DNA of 35,762 bases, taken from assembly GCF_001194135.2 (NCBI RefSeq), contig NC_068989.1, positions 68,128,777-68,164,538 on the forward strand. Reading direction: 5' to 3'. The DNA comes from Octopus bimaculoides. Lineage: Eukaryota. The notes beneath the pieces were generated by a model, which had not been told where the DNA came from, made no database searches, and saw only the letters and a program-made list of their open reading frames with translations. This document shows, in pieces, positions 22,062 to 34,500 of this stretch. Numbering within the stretch: the first letter of the stretch is position 1; the number at the start of each line of letters is the position of its first letter. The position numbers were made by a program, and so were the translations under genes.

Positions 22062-22307
22062 GCCCTGACGTAGTACCAGGCAGTGACTCTCATGGTTTCT
22101 GATCTTAATTGATTGGAAATATTATCATGTACATTATTTTGTCTTGGTATAAAAAAACGGGCTACAGCAAATATTCTGCTTAATACCACATATTTGCTTG
22201 TCAGTTGTTTGACCGTAACTAGTTGAGCATGTCTCTTGGTGGCTGACGACATGTGCATCTCTGATCATGAGCAGAAGTAGTGAGGGAGCATTATAGCCAT
22301 GTGTTGA
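22062..22307 (-). mobile_element. Terminal fragment of an interspersed retroposon, family unassigned
   Basis: GC-richer block ending on the minus strand in an (ATT)n tail (22021-22061). Recognised from memory as a common octopus repeat. Confidence 0.45.
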
Positions 22308-22508
22308 GACACAAGGCCTGAAATTTCGGGGAAGGGGATATGTCGATTACATCCACCCCAGTGTTTCTCTGATACTTAATTTATTGACCCCTATATGATG
22401 AAAGGCAAAGTCGATCTCGGTAGAATTTGAACTCAGAACGTAAAGACGGACGAAATGCCGTGAGTCATTTTGTTCGGTCTGCTAACGGTTCTGTCAGCTC
22501 ACTGCCTT
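22308..22508 (-). mobile_element. SINE family A, full length
   Basis: cctgaaattt..gtcgattacat..gatgaaaggcaaagtcgatctcggtagaatttgaactcagaacgtaaagacggacgaaatgccg..ctcactgcc. Confidence 0.9.
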
Positions 22509-22509
22509 A

Positions 22510-22521
22510 ATAATAATAATA

Positions 22522-22579
<58 letters not shown>

Positions 22580-22636
22580 CGATGACGATGATGATGATGA
22601 TGATAATGATGACGATGATGATGATGATGATGATGA
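22510..22636. repeat. (TAA)n-(GAT)n microsatellite
   Basis: Direct reading. Confidence 0.97.
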
Positions 22637-23399
22637 AACAAAGTATTTAAAATTTGCGGGCAACGACCATAATTAGGGATGAATGGTGTTTTGTTGAGAA
22701 TAGTTGCTATTTTTCTGTCCACAAGAAAATCAAAATCTATTTTTTTTTCGCATAATTTTGTCAAGATAACTATGTTAAAAGTTTCATTCACTTACTTCGG
22801 TCATATTCATCGGTTCTATTGATTTTTGTTAGTCATTTTCCCCTTCCATACATATCACCGAGAGAACGCATTATTTTTTCGTTTTACGTTTTTCTTTTTT
22901 TTCTTGCTTCGGTGACACATTCTTTACTAGTGTTATGAGAATCTTTTATACTTGAATTTCATTAAAATTTCACTGTATAATATTCTTGCTTCAAGCCATC
23001 TCATACATTCTAAATGTGAAGAAAATAAATTCTTTAATAAATATACCTCAATATGAAATAATGGTAAAAACGGAACTTTTTTCTTTGTATATTGTTGTTG
23101 TTGTTGTTGTTGTTAGTGTTATTTTCCTGAAAGCTTTGACATACACCAAGAATTACCTATTAGAAATATAAGTATAAGAAAAACAGGATACAAAAATGAT
23201 ACGAAGATTTATATACGTTATATTTTACTCTTTATTATTCAAATTAGAGTCTCAGTTTGTCTGAAGAGGTGATATAATTGAGAAGATACATTTAACACAG
23301 GTACAAAAAGTAGTGTAATATCCGATAAATATAAGAGATATCACATGAAATAAACGCTTGAAATAAGTACATTAATAATAACAATAATAGCAGAAACTA

Positions 23400-23400
<1 letters not shown>

Positions 23401-23471
<71 letters not shown>

Positions 23472-23520
23472 TATTATTATTATTATTTATTTATTTACTT
23501 ATTTATTTATTTATTTAATT
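23401..23520. repeat. (TTA)n/(TTTA)n microsatellite at the 3' flank of the R4-like element
   Basis: Direct reading. Confidence 0.97.
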
Positions 23521-25090
23521 AACTTCTGGTTTATCTATGCCTCTTCATAGCTTAGAGACGTAACACTTTTTTCAATACATGAACTCTTCTAAGTATTTCT
23601 GTCAACTGAGTACTTCCTATGCAGTTTGGTATTTTCAGCTTTTAATGCCGGAATATTGTTTTCTTTGAGAAGGTCCGAAGTGCACCGATCGCGATTGGTA
23701 TCACATTCACTTTTGAGTCTCTATGACTTCGTTTCTCTTTCAGTGCACGGCCTTTGTACTTCCCAACTTCTTCGTCCACTGTCTTCACAAGATTTTGTTC
23801 TGCAGATATAGCCACATCGATGAAGTTCCATTCTTTGGAGTCCTTCAATAGGAGAGTGATATCTTGTTAGGTTGTTTTTTTCTGTGTAGATTGGCATATA
23901 GCATGTGAGTTTTATTTGATACTTTCTCTGATACTGGCAAAGATTGGTGTTGATGGATATGTTGGAACATTATTAACAAAATTTCCAGCACAACTTCCAG
24001 CTTCCAGTAGCACTGCTACTTTGTAATTGTGTTTGTTTGTATACCTTTTGAGCCAGTTTTGAGCATCCACTAACTATATGTCTAACTGTTTCAGATGATA
24101 TTCCCTATAATCTACACAAAGGCAATACTGCTGTCTTATCAGTGCTATACTTGATTGGGTGGAGGCGCAATGGCCCAGTGGTTAAGGCAGCAGACTCGCG
24201 GCCGTGGGATCGCGGTTTCTATTCCCAGACCGGACGCTGTGAGTGTTTATTGAGCGAAAACACCTAAAGGTCTACAAGGCTCCGGCAGAGGGGGTGGTGG
24301 CGAACCCTGTTATACTCTTTCACCACAACTTGCTCTCACTCTTTCTTCTTGTTTCTATTGTAACTGTATTTCAAAGGGTCAGCCTTGTCACATACTGTGG
24401 CACGCTGAATCTCCCCGAGAACTACGTTAAGAGTACACGTGCCTGTGGTGTGCTCAGCCACTTACACTTTAATATCACGAGCAGGCTGTTCTGTTGATCG
24501 GATCAACTGAAACCCTCGTCGTCGTCACCGACGGAGTGCCACTATACTTGAGTGAGTTGGTTCGTAGAAGCACGTTATTCAACAACAAGAATCAGTCCTG
24601 TTTCCTTCATTAAAAAACCGTGTCTTAAACATCTCCGGGATTATTCACTAGCTATATCCGATTTTTGTTGATAATCTTTTCAGTTGATAATCTTTTCTCT
24701 ATTAGTCCTCATACTGTACTCCTGGAGGACCTCGCCATTGCTACTGATCACCTTCTCACTCAGTAACAATTCTGCAACATTCTTACATCATTATCCCTCA
24801 TGTAGGCATCTAAGGACTTGATCTTCTTCACAACACTATCTGCTATTTCAGCTAGTCCCGTTCCTTCTATCTAGGTAAGTAAAGACTTGTTGCGTTACAT
24901 CTAGTATGCACCCATAAATAGCCACTACTTTCCTAGCCATTACTTTCCATGTTGATCAGTTCTTCTTTTGTCGATTCCACAAGTCCTGCACAATAACCTG
25001 CTATACCTACAACTCACACGTTCATGCTCCTAATCAGGTTCCTTCTATTTAGCGTAAAACTGCATAGCTTTTTATCTCTTCTGGCATAGC
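23521..25090 (-). mobile_element. 5'-truncated R4/Dong-like non-LTR retrotransposon (restriction-like endonuclease clade), decayed
   Basis: Minus frames: post-RT LYLPR.EG..GL and LRHGFL.KET motifs; CCHC knuckle CRL*GISSETVRHIVSGCSKLAQ; RLE FIDVAI..E..K..KY..VIPIAIGAL; terminal EILRRV. (TAA)n at both ends. Confidence 0.85.
24161..24541 (+). mobile_element. Full-length tRNA-derived SINE (family C), 381 bp, nested in the R4-like element
   Basis: A-box TGGCCCAGTGG, B-box-like GGTTTCTATTCC; 16-bp TSD ctatacttgattgggt (24145-24160) / ctatacttgagtgagt (24542-24557). Confidence 0.92.
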
Positions 25091-25518
25091 ATTATTATTA
25101 TTATTATTATTATTATTATCATTATTATTATTACTGTCGGTGGTTTCCGGTGGGACTTGAGCCCACATCTGCGATCTTGACGAAGCATTCGAATTTTCTG
25201 TTCTTTTCTTGATAGCGAAAATTGTATGCTGTTTACATAATTAACATATTTTACTTTTCATAAACTTTTAATGAAATGAAATATATCGTTTAACGTTGTA
25301 ACTTGAAGTAGATAAAGCTATAATAAATGACTTGTAGATTGCAAAAAAGTGGAAGGCTGTACACGGGACTTTATCCCACATAATTTGTGGTTATAATACA
25401 TGTGCTAACATTATAGCAAAAAAACAAATCTTTCGCATTTCTTTTCTCCTAAAAGTAATACAGAAATAATGTTGTTTTGGTATCATAATAGCACATCTGT
25501 TATGATCACACTTTTCTC

Positions 25519-25569
25519 TCCAAAGCAGTTTGTCCGATGCGCTAACGTCCTTGCCAGTTCACCACCCTG
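25519..25569 (-). mobile_element. SINE family A head fragment
   Basis: ccaaagcagtttgtccgatgcgctaacgtccttgccagttcaccacc, matches 17830-17880. Confidence 0.6.
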
Positions 25570-25899
25570 ACTACAAAAGTAATTTTTAAAATATTTGCAT
25601 TTATTTAACACTAGGACAAGTGTATTCATACAAAAAGATGATTAAAAGGGAGACTATAGGGCGTGCAAGGAGATACAGTGTGAAAAATATAGCTTGAGTT
25701 GGGAAATGTATTTACTTTTTGTTAAAAATTGAATCATAAATTACAATAAATATACACACGAAAAAAATTTACCGATGTGCTGAAATGTTCCTGACTGTGT
25801 ATAAAAGAAAATGCAGGAGGACGACTTAATTGTGATTTTATTCAACATATTCACATACTTACTGCAGTGGTTCTTCAGTTTTTCTAAGCTCTTTAAAAG

Positions 25900-27260
25900 A
25901 ACTCAAAACGAGGCCTTTCGCGATACTCTTAAAGCTAGGAACTTTACAATACTCCACTTGTATATAGAGAGACTGGGGGATGGATAGAAAAGAGTAACGC
26001 ATGAAAAAAGAGTTGTGAAGCCACCACGTTTGTTGGATCAAGGAAGCCACCACGTTTTGACTAACCTTAACCATGTATAATGTATTAAACCTCAAACATC
26101 ACAACATTTGTAAGTTGTCTGAAGTTGTATGTTTAACCCCAAATGGAAAAAAATAATTCTATTAATTCGACTATCAGTAGAGTGGGAATAATTTTCAGGC
26201 TTCGAGGACTCAAGACATTAAATAGGATGAAAGATTCTTCTGTAGAATAATGATTGTAATTTTCAATGAAAATGCTTGTACTCCGAAGATTTGTTTCTGT
26301 ACAACTAATGTCTGTGACGAAAATAAAGTTGTAGATTTCTATAAGTGATTCTTTTCATTCGCTATCCTAAAAAATACCTATGAAAATTTTATCATATCAC
26401 ATCAAGTTGCAACTACACGCAGGATTCAAGTCAAATTCAAAATCCAGTGGAAAACACTCTTTGGATGTGAGGCAATCGTTGAAAAACGTAAAAATATTAA
26501 GAAAGGAGTCTATCTGAAAAGCAAGAAGAAAAAATGATATATGAAACCTTCAAAAGAAAGTAGATCCGTAAAACTGATTTCACTGCGTACTCTAATTTAT
26601 CAGTTGCCTGTAAATGGCAAACATGGCAAAACCAAAGGCTTCAGATCAACAGGATTGACTCAGACTATAAAGGAAACGACTTTACAATAATGTTGGGGAA
26701 ATTGCAATTATTATAAATCGTTAGAAATTGCAATATACTAAACACTGAGTATCAAAATACTATCCATAAACGATTTGAAGTCTATGCCTCAGTTTTTCCC
26801 GAAAAGTGAATTAGTTTGTTTACAGAATTTCCGCGATGTTACATGAACTCAAAATCTATCACACAATGATTCATAATCTAATCAAACCGGAACTCCAGTA
26901 AATCGCCTTGGAAAATAGGATAAATGGAGATGGAAATACTCAACAATTAGTCAAATATTAATTGCCTTGGGAACTGTCACTGTTGTTTGACCAAAGAATT
27001 TCCGTCATTCTCTTATTCGTGAATTTCTAAAAGTCTTTTGACACAGTTCAAACGACTTTTAAGTCTATCGAATACACCCCGGAATAGTAGATGCAGTAAT
27101 GATGCCTGACAAAAACTTGAGTAAAGATGTATACACTGGACAAGGTCGCTTATTTTCAACATATTCGCCAGTATTTTACAGGGTTACATCTTTACACTTC
27201 TCCTATATTCTGTCTTGATTACGTCTACGAACCTTCAGTATATTACAATAAGAGATGAAA
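25900..27260 (+). pseudogene. Decayed APE-endonuclease/reverse-transcriptase LINE relic (RTE-like)
   Basis: EN: NSTISRVGI..RIMIVIFNEN..TTNVCDE..VDFY. RT: NCNYY, LLFVNF*KSFDTV, PGIVDAVMM, FNIFASILQG, LDYV. Many stops and deletions. Confidence 0.8.
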
Positions 27261-28148
27261 AGTGTACTAAGTTAGTATTAATGTGCTTGTGTGTGCATAT
27301 GTGTGCGTTTGTGTTGTGTATGCATATAAAAATATTTTGTTGCTTAAAAAAATATATTGTAGATCGGCATCAAGCTACAATCGTTCTTAAAGTAATGTTG
27401 CGTTAAAGATCGTCATGATATACTTATGTAACTGCGCAATTTTCGAAGGTTGTTTCCATCTGATGTTTGCGCTATTAACAAGGATAGCAGAAGTTAAAAC
27501 GCTTTAACAATAATAGCTTGAGGAAAATCTATAGATAGATTAAATGTAAAACAAATGGCAAAATAAAGTATGAAAAAATTGAAGTCATTTATTTGTATAT
27601 CATAATGAAAATATACCCAAAGTGAATCGGAAAGAAATACGTAATTCAAATAAAGACACAAACCGTATGTAAATGAAGAACGATTTAGACAAGTAAAATA
27701 CCATAATCATACTCCTAAACAACTCCAAAAGAAAATGGATGAGGAGTATTACTTCAATGATTACGCAGGCAGGGAAAGCATTGCACCGATATTTTAGAAT
27801 ATATTTTATTTTTCAGCTAACAGCATCAGAAATCTAAGAGGTATTTTGAATTACAATTACTAATTCATGGTACACACGCAATGATAACACACTCCTACAT
27901 ACGAAGTAAACACAGAATTTCGTATTTTATCGTTAACGTAAAACTATTGAAAAAACTTTTTAACTATAGTTAAGCACATTAAGTATCTTAAGGGATTATA
28001 AGGACTTAAATTGCAACGCAGACTTCAGTAATCTGGTGCTTGAGATTCGAAGTTTAAACGGGATTTTGCGCATGCAAATACATTGTCAGTTTGGCAGTTG
28101 TTTTTTTTATACCGTTACATATATATTTATATGTATATATTTAGATGA

Positions 28149-28204
<56 letters not shown>

Positions 28205-28508
28205 AGAGAACTTTTACAAGGAGAAGGTTGACCGTGACTTCGAAGTTTTTAAACATATACGTAATCTACCAAAATGTATTGAGCAAAGCATTCGGTTTAA
28301 TGTTAAATTGCTTATATATATNNNNNNNNNNNNNNNNNNNNNNNNNNNNNNNNNNNNNNNNNNNNNNNNNNNNNNNNNNNNNNNNNNNNNNNNNNNNNNN
28401 NNNNNNNNNNNNNNNNNNNNNNNNNNNNNNNNNNNNNNNNNNNNNNNNNNNNNNNNNNNNNNNNNNNNNNNNNNNNNNNNNNNNNNNNNNNNNNNNNNNN
28501 NNNNNNNN

Positions 28509-28546
<38 letters not shown>

Positions 28547-28608
28547 CGTATGTATGTATATATGTGTGTATGTGTGGCCGAGTGTACGTGCGTGCGCGCG
28601 CGCACATA

Positions 28609-28821
28609 AGTGGCGAGTTGGCTCAATCGTTACCGTGCCGGGCTAAATGCATAGCGGCATTTCTTCCCTCTGCGTTCTGAGTTTAAATCCCGCTGAAGTC
28701 AACTTTGCCGTTTATCACTTTGGGCAGGATGAAATGAGTACCAGTTGAACCATAGGGTCGATGTTATCGACTTACCATTTCCATCGAAATTGCTGGCATT
28801 GTGCCAAAATTTGAAACCAAT
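28609..28821 (+). mobile_element. SINE family A, full length
   Basis: A-box-like tggcgagttggctcaatcg, B-box-like gagtttaaatcc, body gtcaactttgcc..gagtaccagtt..ggtcgatgttatcgac, end gtgccaaaatttgaaaccaa. Confidence 0.9.
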
Positions 28822-29423
28822 ATATATGCATACATAGATGTATATATTTGTGTATGTAATAAGAATGGAATGTCTCAGTTCTGTATATCACGTGTTTTGA
28901 AAGCAAAAAACCCGGCAAATTAAACATGCATAACATCATTATATAAAGATTATTCTACTTACGTTCGATATCCAATGCACAATTGATTTTCATAATTGGC
29001 AGTTATGTACCCAATGAGGAAGCAAATTATCTTCATATTATGATGTAATGCGCATATAATTTGACAGCTTTTTACTTTCGAAACGTGTTGTACCGAACTA
29101 TAACTGTTTATTTTTATTATTTATATGTATATTTATCACAAACCATGTAAGGTAAGTTGCTATTAAGTATTCAGTTGTATAACATTTGTCATTCACTGAA
29201 AATCATTCCAGTAATTTTGAAAAGGGACGAAGTCAATTTTATATGTTGATTAATGAATTGTATTGATGGATGATTATTTTTCCTTTGACTGTTCTATACT
29301 AGCCATTTGTATGCTGGATACTGACGAGTTAGTGACCACGACTGATATATCTATCTGCCTGTCTGTCTGTCAATCTATCTGTCTGTCTGTCTGACTGTCT
29401 ATGTAGATAGATAGATCTATAAC

Positions 29424-29482
<59 letters not shown>

Positions 29483-29682
29483 TAATAATAATAATAATAG
29501 GTATTCGTGTTTCTTCTTTTAAGCTGTTTGCGACTCTGCCTACTGCGAAATAACTCCACTCTCTGTTTTGTCACCTTTGAAGTTTCACCTAATCTCCAAA
29601 ACCGCATCTCATTATACAGAAAATATATATAAGATGAAATATTTTTCTCGTATCTCTATTAAACAATAACCGATATTAATGC

Positions 29683-29893
29683 TGGTTGGTTGGTTGGGTT
29701 GGGTTGGTTGGTTGGTTGGTTGGTTGGTTGGGTTGGTTGGTTGGTGGGTTGGCTGGTTGGTTGGTTGGCTGGTTGGTTGGTTGGTTGGTTGGTTGGTTGG
29801 TTGGTTGGTTGGTTGGGATGGCTGGTTGGTTGTTTGGTTGGTTGGTTGAGTGGTCGGTGGGTGGGTTGGTTGGTCGGTTGGTCGATCGGTCGG
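29683..29893. repeat. (TTGG)n tetranucleotide repeat running into a gap
   Basis: Direct reading. Confidence 0.95.
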
Positions 29894-31375
29894 NNNNNNN
29901 NNNNNNNNNNNNNNNNNNNNNNNNNNNNNNNNNNNNNNNNNNNNNNNNNNNNNNNNNNNNNNNNNNNNNNNNNNNNNNNNNNNNNNNNNNNNNNNNNNNN
30001 NNNNNNNNNNNNNNNNNNNNNNNNNNNNNNNNNNNNNNNNNNNNNNNNNNNNNNNNNNNNNNNNNNNNNNNNNNNNNNNNNNNNNNNNNNNNNNNNNNNN
30101 NNNNNNNNNNNNNNNNNNNNNNNNNNNNNNNNNNNNNNNNNNNNNNNNNNNNNNNNNNNNNNNNNNNNNNNNNNNNNNNNNNNNNNNNNNNNNNNNNNNN
30201 NNNNNNNNNNNNNNNNNNNNNNNNNNNNNNNNNNNNNNNNNNNNNNNNNNNNNNNNNNNNNNNNNNNNNNNNNNNNNNNNNNNNNNNNNNNNNNNNNNNN
30301 NNNNNNNNNNNNNNNNNNNNNNNNNNNNNNNNNNNNNNNNNNNNNNNNNNNNNNNNNNNNNNNNNNNNNNNNNNNNNNNNNNNNNNNNNNNNNNNNNNNN
30401 NNNNNNNNNNNNNNNNNNNNNNNNNNNNNNNNNNNNNNNNNNNNNNNNNNNNNNNNNNNNNNNNNNNNNNNNNNNNNNNNNNNNNNNNNNNNNNNNNNNN
30501 NNNNNNNNNNNNNNNNNNNNNNNNNNNNNNNNNNNNNNNNNNNNNNNNNNNNNNNNNNNNNNNNNNNNNNNNNNNNNNNNNNNNNNNNNNNNNNNNNNNN
30601 NNNNNNNNNNNNNNNNNNNNNNNNNNNNNNNNNNNNNNNNNNNNNNNNNNTACACTCAATATAGGGAAATGCAAAAGAGAGTAAAAGAGAAATATATAGA
30701 GATTTGACATAAGAAGTGCAAGATGAGAGCGCGTTCTTTTGTTGGTGGAAAGCAATGACTAAATGAATGCTACACACATACACACAAACACATACAGAGT
30801 TAGGGGAAGAGAGAAGCATAGAGACAGAGGAAGAGGAGAAGGGAAAAGAAGAGGATGAAAGGAAGTAAATAACAAAGTAGTTTTGGGAGATGGTATACAA
30901 GTAAGAAATATTTTATTTAATTTTATGTTAAATCAATAAATAATTTTCGTTTGAAAATTAGTTATTCATTCCAAACAAAATTGGATAAAAGTTAAATTGT
31001 ATTATCTTAAGTACACCATATTTCCTGATTTTACCCATTATGTCAAAAGTATACTTCCAAAGCTATTTGTCACATGAAGAGTAGCACCCTAGTATAAATA
31101 CTAATAACTATGGTAAATAGATAATTTAGCTATAAACTACTTTATATTTTATCTAACATGTATTTTCCAGAAGGTTTAATTCATTCGATACTTCTATCAT
31201 ACATGTAAACTAAACGGAAAACAAAATCATTCTTCGTCCATAACTATATCTTCTACTTAAATAAATTGTGACCAATTCCAGGCAGTAGAAAATTTTCTCA
31301 ACTGGAGCAGTTCAATTATTAAAATACGCTCACTAATATCGGCTAAGTATTGGACATACTGGATTGATCATTATA

Positions 31376-31521
31376 TGTAGTCAGAAGTTTGCTTCCCAAA
31401 CTCATGGCTCCAGGTTCAGTCCCACCGCATGGCACCATGGACCTGTATCTTCTAATATAGCCTCGGACCGACTAAAGTCTTGCGAGTGGATTTGGTAGAC
31501 ATAAACTGAAAGAAGCCCGTC
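31376..31521 (+). mobile_element. 5' half of SINE family B
   Basis: ggttcagtcccacc (B-box-like)..tatagcctcggaccgactaaagtcttgcgagtggatttggtagac..gaaagaagcccgtc. Confidence 0.85.
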
Positions 31522-31578
31522 ACACACACACACACACACACATGTATGTATGTATGTATGTATGTATGTACGTACGTA

Positions 31579-32854
31579 CGAGGTGGCACCAAAACATTCC
31601 CGAATAAGTTCTGTAACGCGCCAACAGATGGCAGCATAGGGTTGTGTGTGCAGTGAGAGCTAGCAGTGACCTTCATGAGGCAGTGTGCCGAGTAACATCG
31701 CTGTGTGTATTTCACAAGTTGTGAAATTTGTGTTTTTGTGTTCATGTGTATGCTATAGTCTGCGATTTTGTCATGGACAGGAAAAAAGAGCCAATGTGTA
31801 ATTTTGCGTTAAACTTAGGAGGTCTGGTATAGAGACATTGAGCATGTTTCAGCAATCTTAAAGCAATGAGACAATGGGCCGTACTCAATATATCGAGTGG
31901 CATAGCCGCTTCCAAAGTGGAAGAACGTCTCTGGAAGGTGATGAGTGATCTGAAAGACTTCCCACGAGCGTCACCCCTAGAAATGTTGAGAAAATTCATC
32001 AGCTTGTGCAAGAGGATTGTCGAAGGACAATGAATGACATTGCTGATGTTGTTGGTCTGTTGAATGGGTTAGTGCAGGCAATCCTAATGTTTGAATTGAA
32101 CATGCTGCTTGTCTCTACCAAGTTTGTCCCCCACCTTCTGACCACTGAGCAGAAAGAACATCGCGTCGATGTTTGTCAAGATCTCCGTCAGCGTGCAGCT
32201 GATGACTCGTCCTTCATGTCAAGGATCATCACCGGTGACGAGTGTTGGGTCTACATGTACGACCCTGAGACGAAGCAGCATCCGTCACAATGGAAGAGCC
32301 CTTCACCTCTACAACCGAAGAAGGCACGACAGAGCTGCAGGTTAGTCAAGAGCATGCTCATAGTTTTTTCGACATCTGCCGTACTGTGTATCAAGAATCC
32401 AGGGCCAGACCTTCAATCGAGAGTTCTACTGTGACGTTTTGAAGCGTTTGAGGGAGAACATTTGGCGAAAGTGCCCGGATCTGTGATACGTGCAGAATTG
32501 GATTCTTCACGACGACAATGTATCCTGTCACTGAGCACTCCTCACTCTTGGGTTTCTCGCGAAAAACATAATATTGCTTCCGCACCCACCCTATTTGCTA
32601 GATTTAGTACCTGCGGACTTCTATCTCTTCCCCAAGATAAAAATGCATCTCAAGGGCTACCGTTTTAACATGGTTGTCTAGATCCAGAGCAAATCACAGC
32701 ATCGACTCGCCGGATTCCAAGAGAAGCAGGAACGCTGGGACCGGCGTAGTACTGAGCAAGGTGACTATTTCGAAGGAGACAATGTTAAAACTTAGGTAAA
32801 TAAGTTACTTTTTATTAAACATAATGAGTCCAGGAACTTTTTCATACCACCTCA
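31579..32854 (+). mobile_element. Full-length decayed mariner transposon (irritans-like), about 1.28 kb
   Basis: Imperfect TIRs CGAGGTGGCACCAAAACATTCC / TGAGGTGGTATGAAAAAGTTCC; TA at 31577-31578; inserted in a (TATG)n tract. Confidence 0.93.
31773..32795 (+). pseudogene. DD34D-type mariner transposase pseudogene
   Basis: ATG at 31773; KFVPHLLT, ITGDECWVYMYDPETKQ, LHDDNVSCH, DLVPADFYLFPKIK, DYFEGD then TAG; frameshifts and stops. Confidence 0.92.
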
Positions 32855-33437
32855 TGTATATATATATATATATATNNNNNNNNNNNNNNNNNNNNNNNNN
32901 NNNNNNNNNNNNNNNNNNNNNNNNNNNNNNNNNNNNNNNNNNNNNNNNNNNNNNNNNNNNNNNNNNNNNNNNNNNNNNNNNNNNNNNNNNNNNNNNNNNN
33001 NNNNNNNNNNNNNNNNNNNNNNNNNNNNNNNNNNNNNNNNNNNNNNNNNNNNNNNNNNNNNNNNNNNNNNNNNNNNNNNNNNNNNNNNNNNNNNNNNNNN
33101 NNNNNNNNNNNNNNNNNNNNNNNNNNNNNNNNNNNNNNNNNNNNNNNNNNNNNNNNNNNNNNNNNNNNNNNNNNNNNNNNNNNNNNNNNNNNNNNNNNNN
33201 NNNNNNNNNNNNNNNNNNNNNNNNNNNNNNNNNNNNNNNNNNNNNNNNNNNNNNNNNNNNNNNNNNNNNNNNNNNNNNNNNNNNNNNNNNNNNNNNNNNN
33301 NNNNNNNNNNNNNNNNNNNNNNNNNNNNNNNNNNNNNNNNNNNNNNNNNNNNNNNNNNNNNNNNNNNNNNNNNNNNNNNNNNNNNNNNNNNNNNNNNNNN
33401 NNNNNNNNNNNNNNNNNNNNNNNNNNNNNNNNNNAGA

Positions 33438-33550
33438 TATGACGATGATGATGATGACGACGACGACGACGACGACGATGATGATGATGATGATGATGAT
33501 AATGATGATGATGACGATGATGATGATGATGACGGCGACGATGATGATTA
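33438..33550. repeat. (GAT)n/(GAC)n microsatellite
   Basis: Direct reading. Confidence 0.95.
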
Positions 33551-34109
33551 TAATATAGCAATACGACTTTATGGAACAGGGAACGTGTTGCGTTCGTAGA
33601 TATTTTGAGTCTGTATTTTCATTTTGATTATAGTATCATTGTTACTGATATTGATGATAATCATTAACTTATTTTCATAACTATAGAAATACAAGCTTAT
33701 TCTGTGAGCAGTCATAAAATATGGCAATTAATGAAGACGACATTTAGTAAATAAAGCAGTATAAGAGTACAATAAGGGTAACGTTCCAGATATAATGGTA
33801 ATTTAATTGCATGAATTTCGATGCAAAATGTATTGCTCCGTTAAGAAAAAATATGCCATGCTAAATGAAAACAATAATCAGGTTATACCCTATGAACAAA
33901 AGCTAATTTTTGGCTAGTATTTATTTGTCGTGTGAACATATACTTTGAGTTTTTGACATCAATTGATATCTAAAAAATAACGATATTGTCGAGATTACAT
34001 ACATGATAACAATAAGATATTATTGGTAATTATTTCAGCGGCGAAAGACAGAAAGTCTACAGTGCAAAAGAAAAACGAAAGAAACACGACAGGAAGGTGA
34101 TTGGGAAAT

Positions 34110-34500
34110 GTTGTTGACTATCTACGGCACCATATGTTACAAGAAAAATTTCTAAACATAAAATTGGTGACATAGAAAGTATGACAGGAAATTTTCACTT
34201 GTCATAATGTAATTAAGCATAATACTTCGAAACGTAATAAGCAGGTTCTGAGAAGTTCTCAATAGCTCAGATGATGATGTTTTCTTTTCTTAAAGACCGT
34301 AATATATTTAATGCTGGCATAAAGACTTTCAAGTTATAATTTCTCAAAGTTTTAGGAAATATTTTTTATAGAGGCTAAGATGCAGTAAAAAGATTATCAA
34401 TTGTATACAATGAATAACAATGAATAATGTATAAGGTGTCAAATGGAATATGTGCTAGTTTTCCTGAAACTTATATAGGGAAGACAATTCGTACTATGCA
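34110..34500 (+). pseudogene. Possible Penelope GIY-YIG endonuclease relic
   Basis: APYVTRKISK (cf. LPYV..SEKI) at about 34127, then NV..VK.NMC / PETYIGKTIR at 34430-34495; short motifs only. Confidence 0.4.

Noticed and set aside
24161-24235. tRNA gene
   Set aside because: The tRNA-like head continues into a 300-bp body bounded by a TSD, so it is a SINE
29524-29650. Plus-strand phase 1-1 exon-like frame (VCDSAYCEITPL..)
   Set aside because: Weak donor, opposite strand to the other candidates, wedged between simple repeats
1586-33561. Dozens of long ORFs in the track (YIYI, HTHT, poly-X, poly-S/P/L/D/H, TNQP)
   Set aside because: They are translations of microsatellites and N-gaps, not genes
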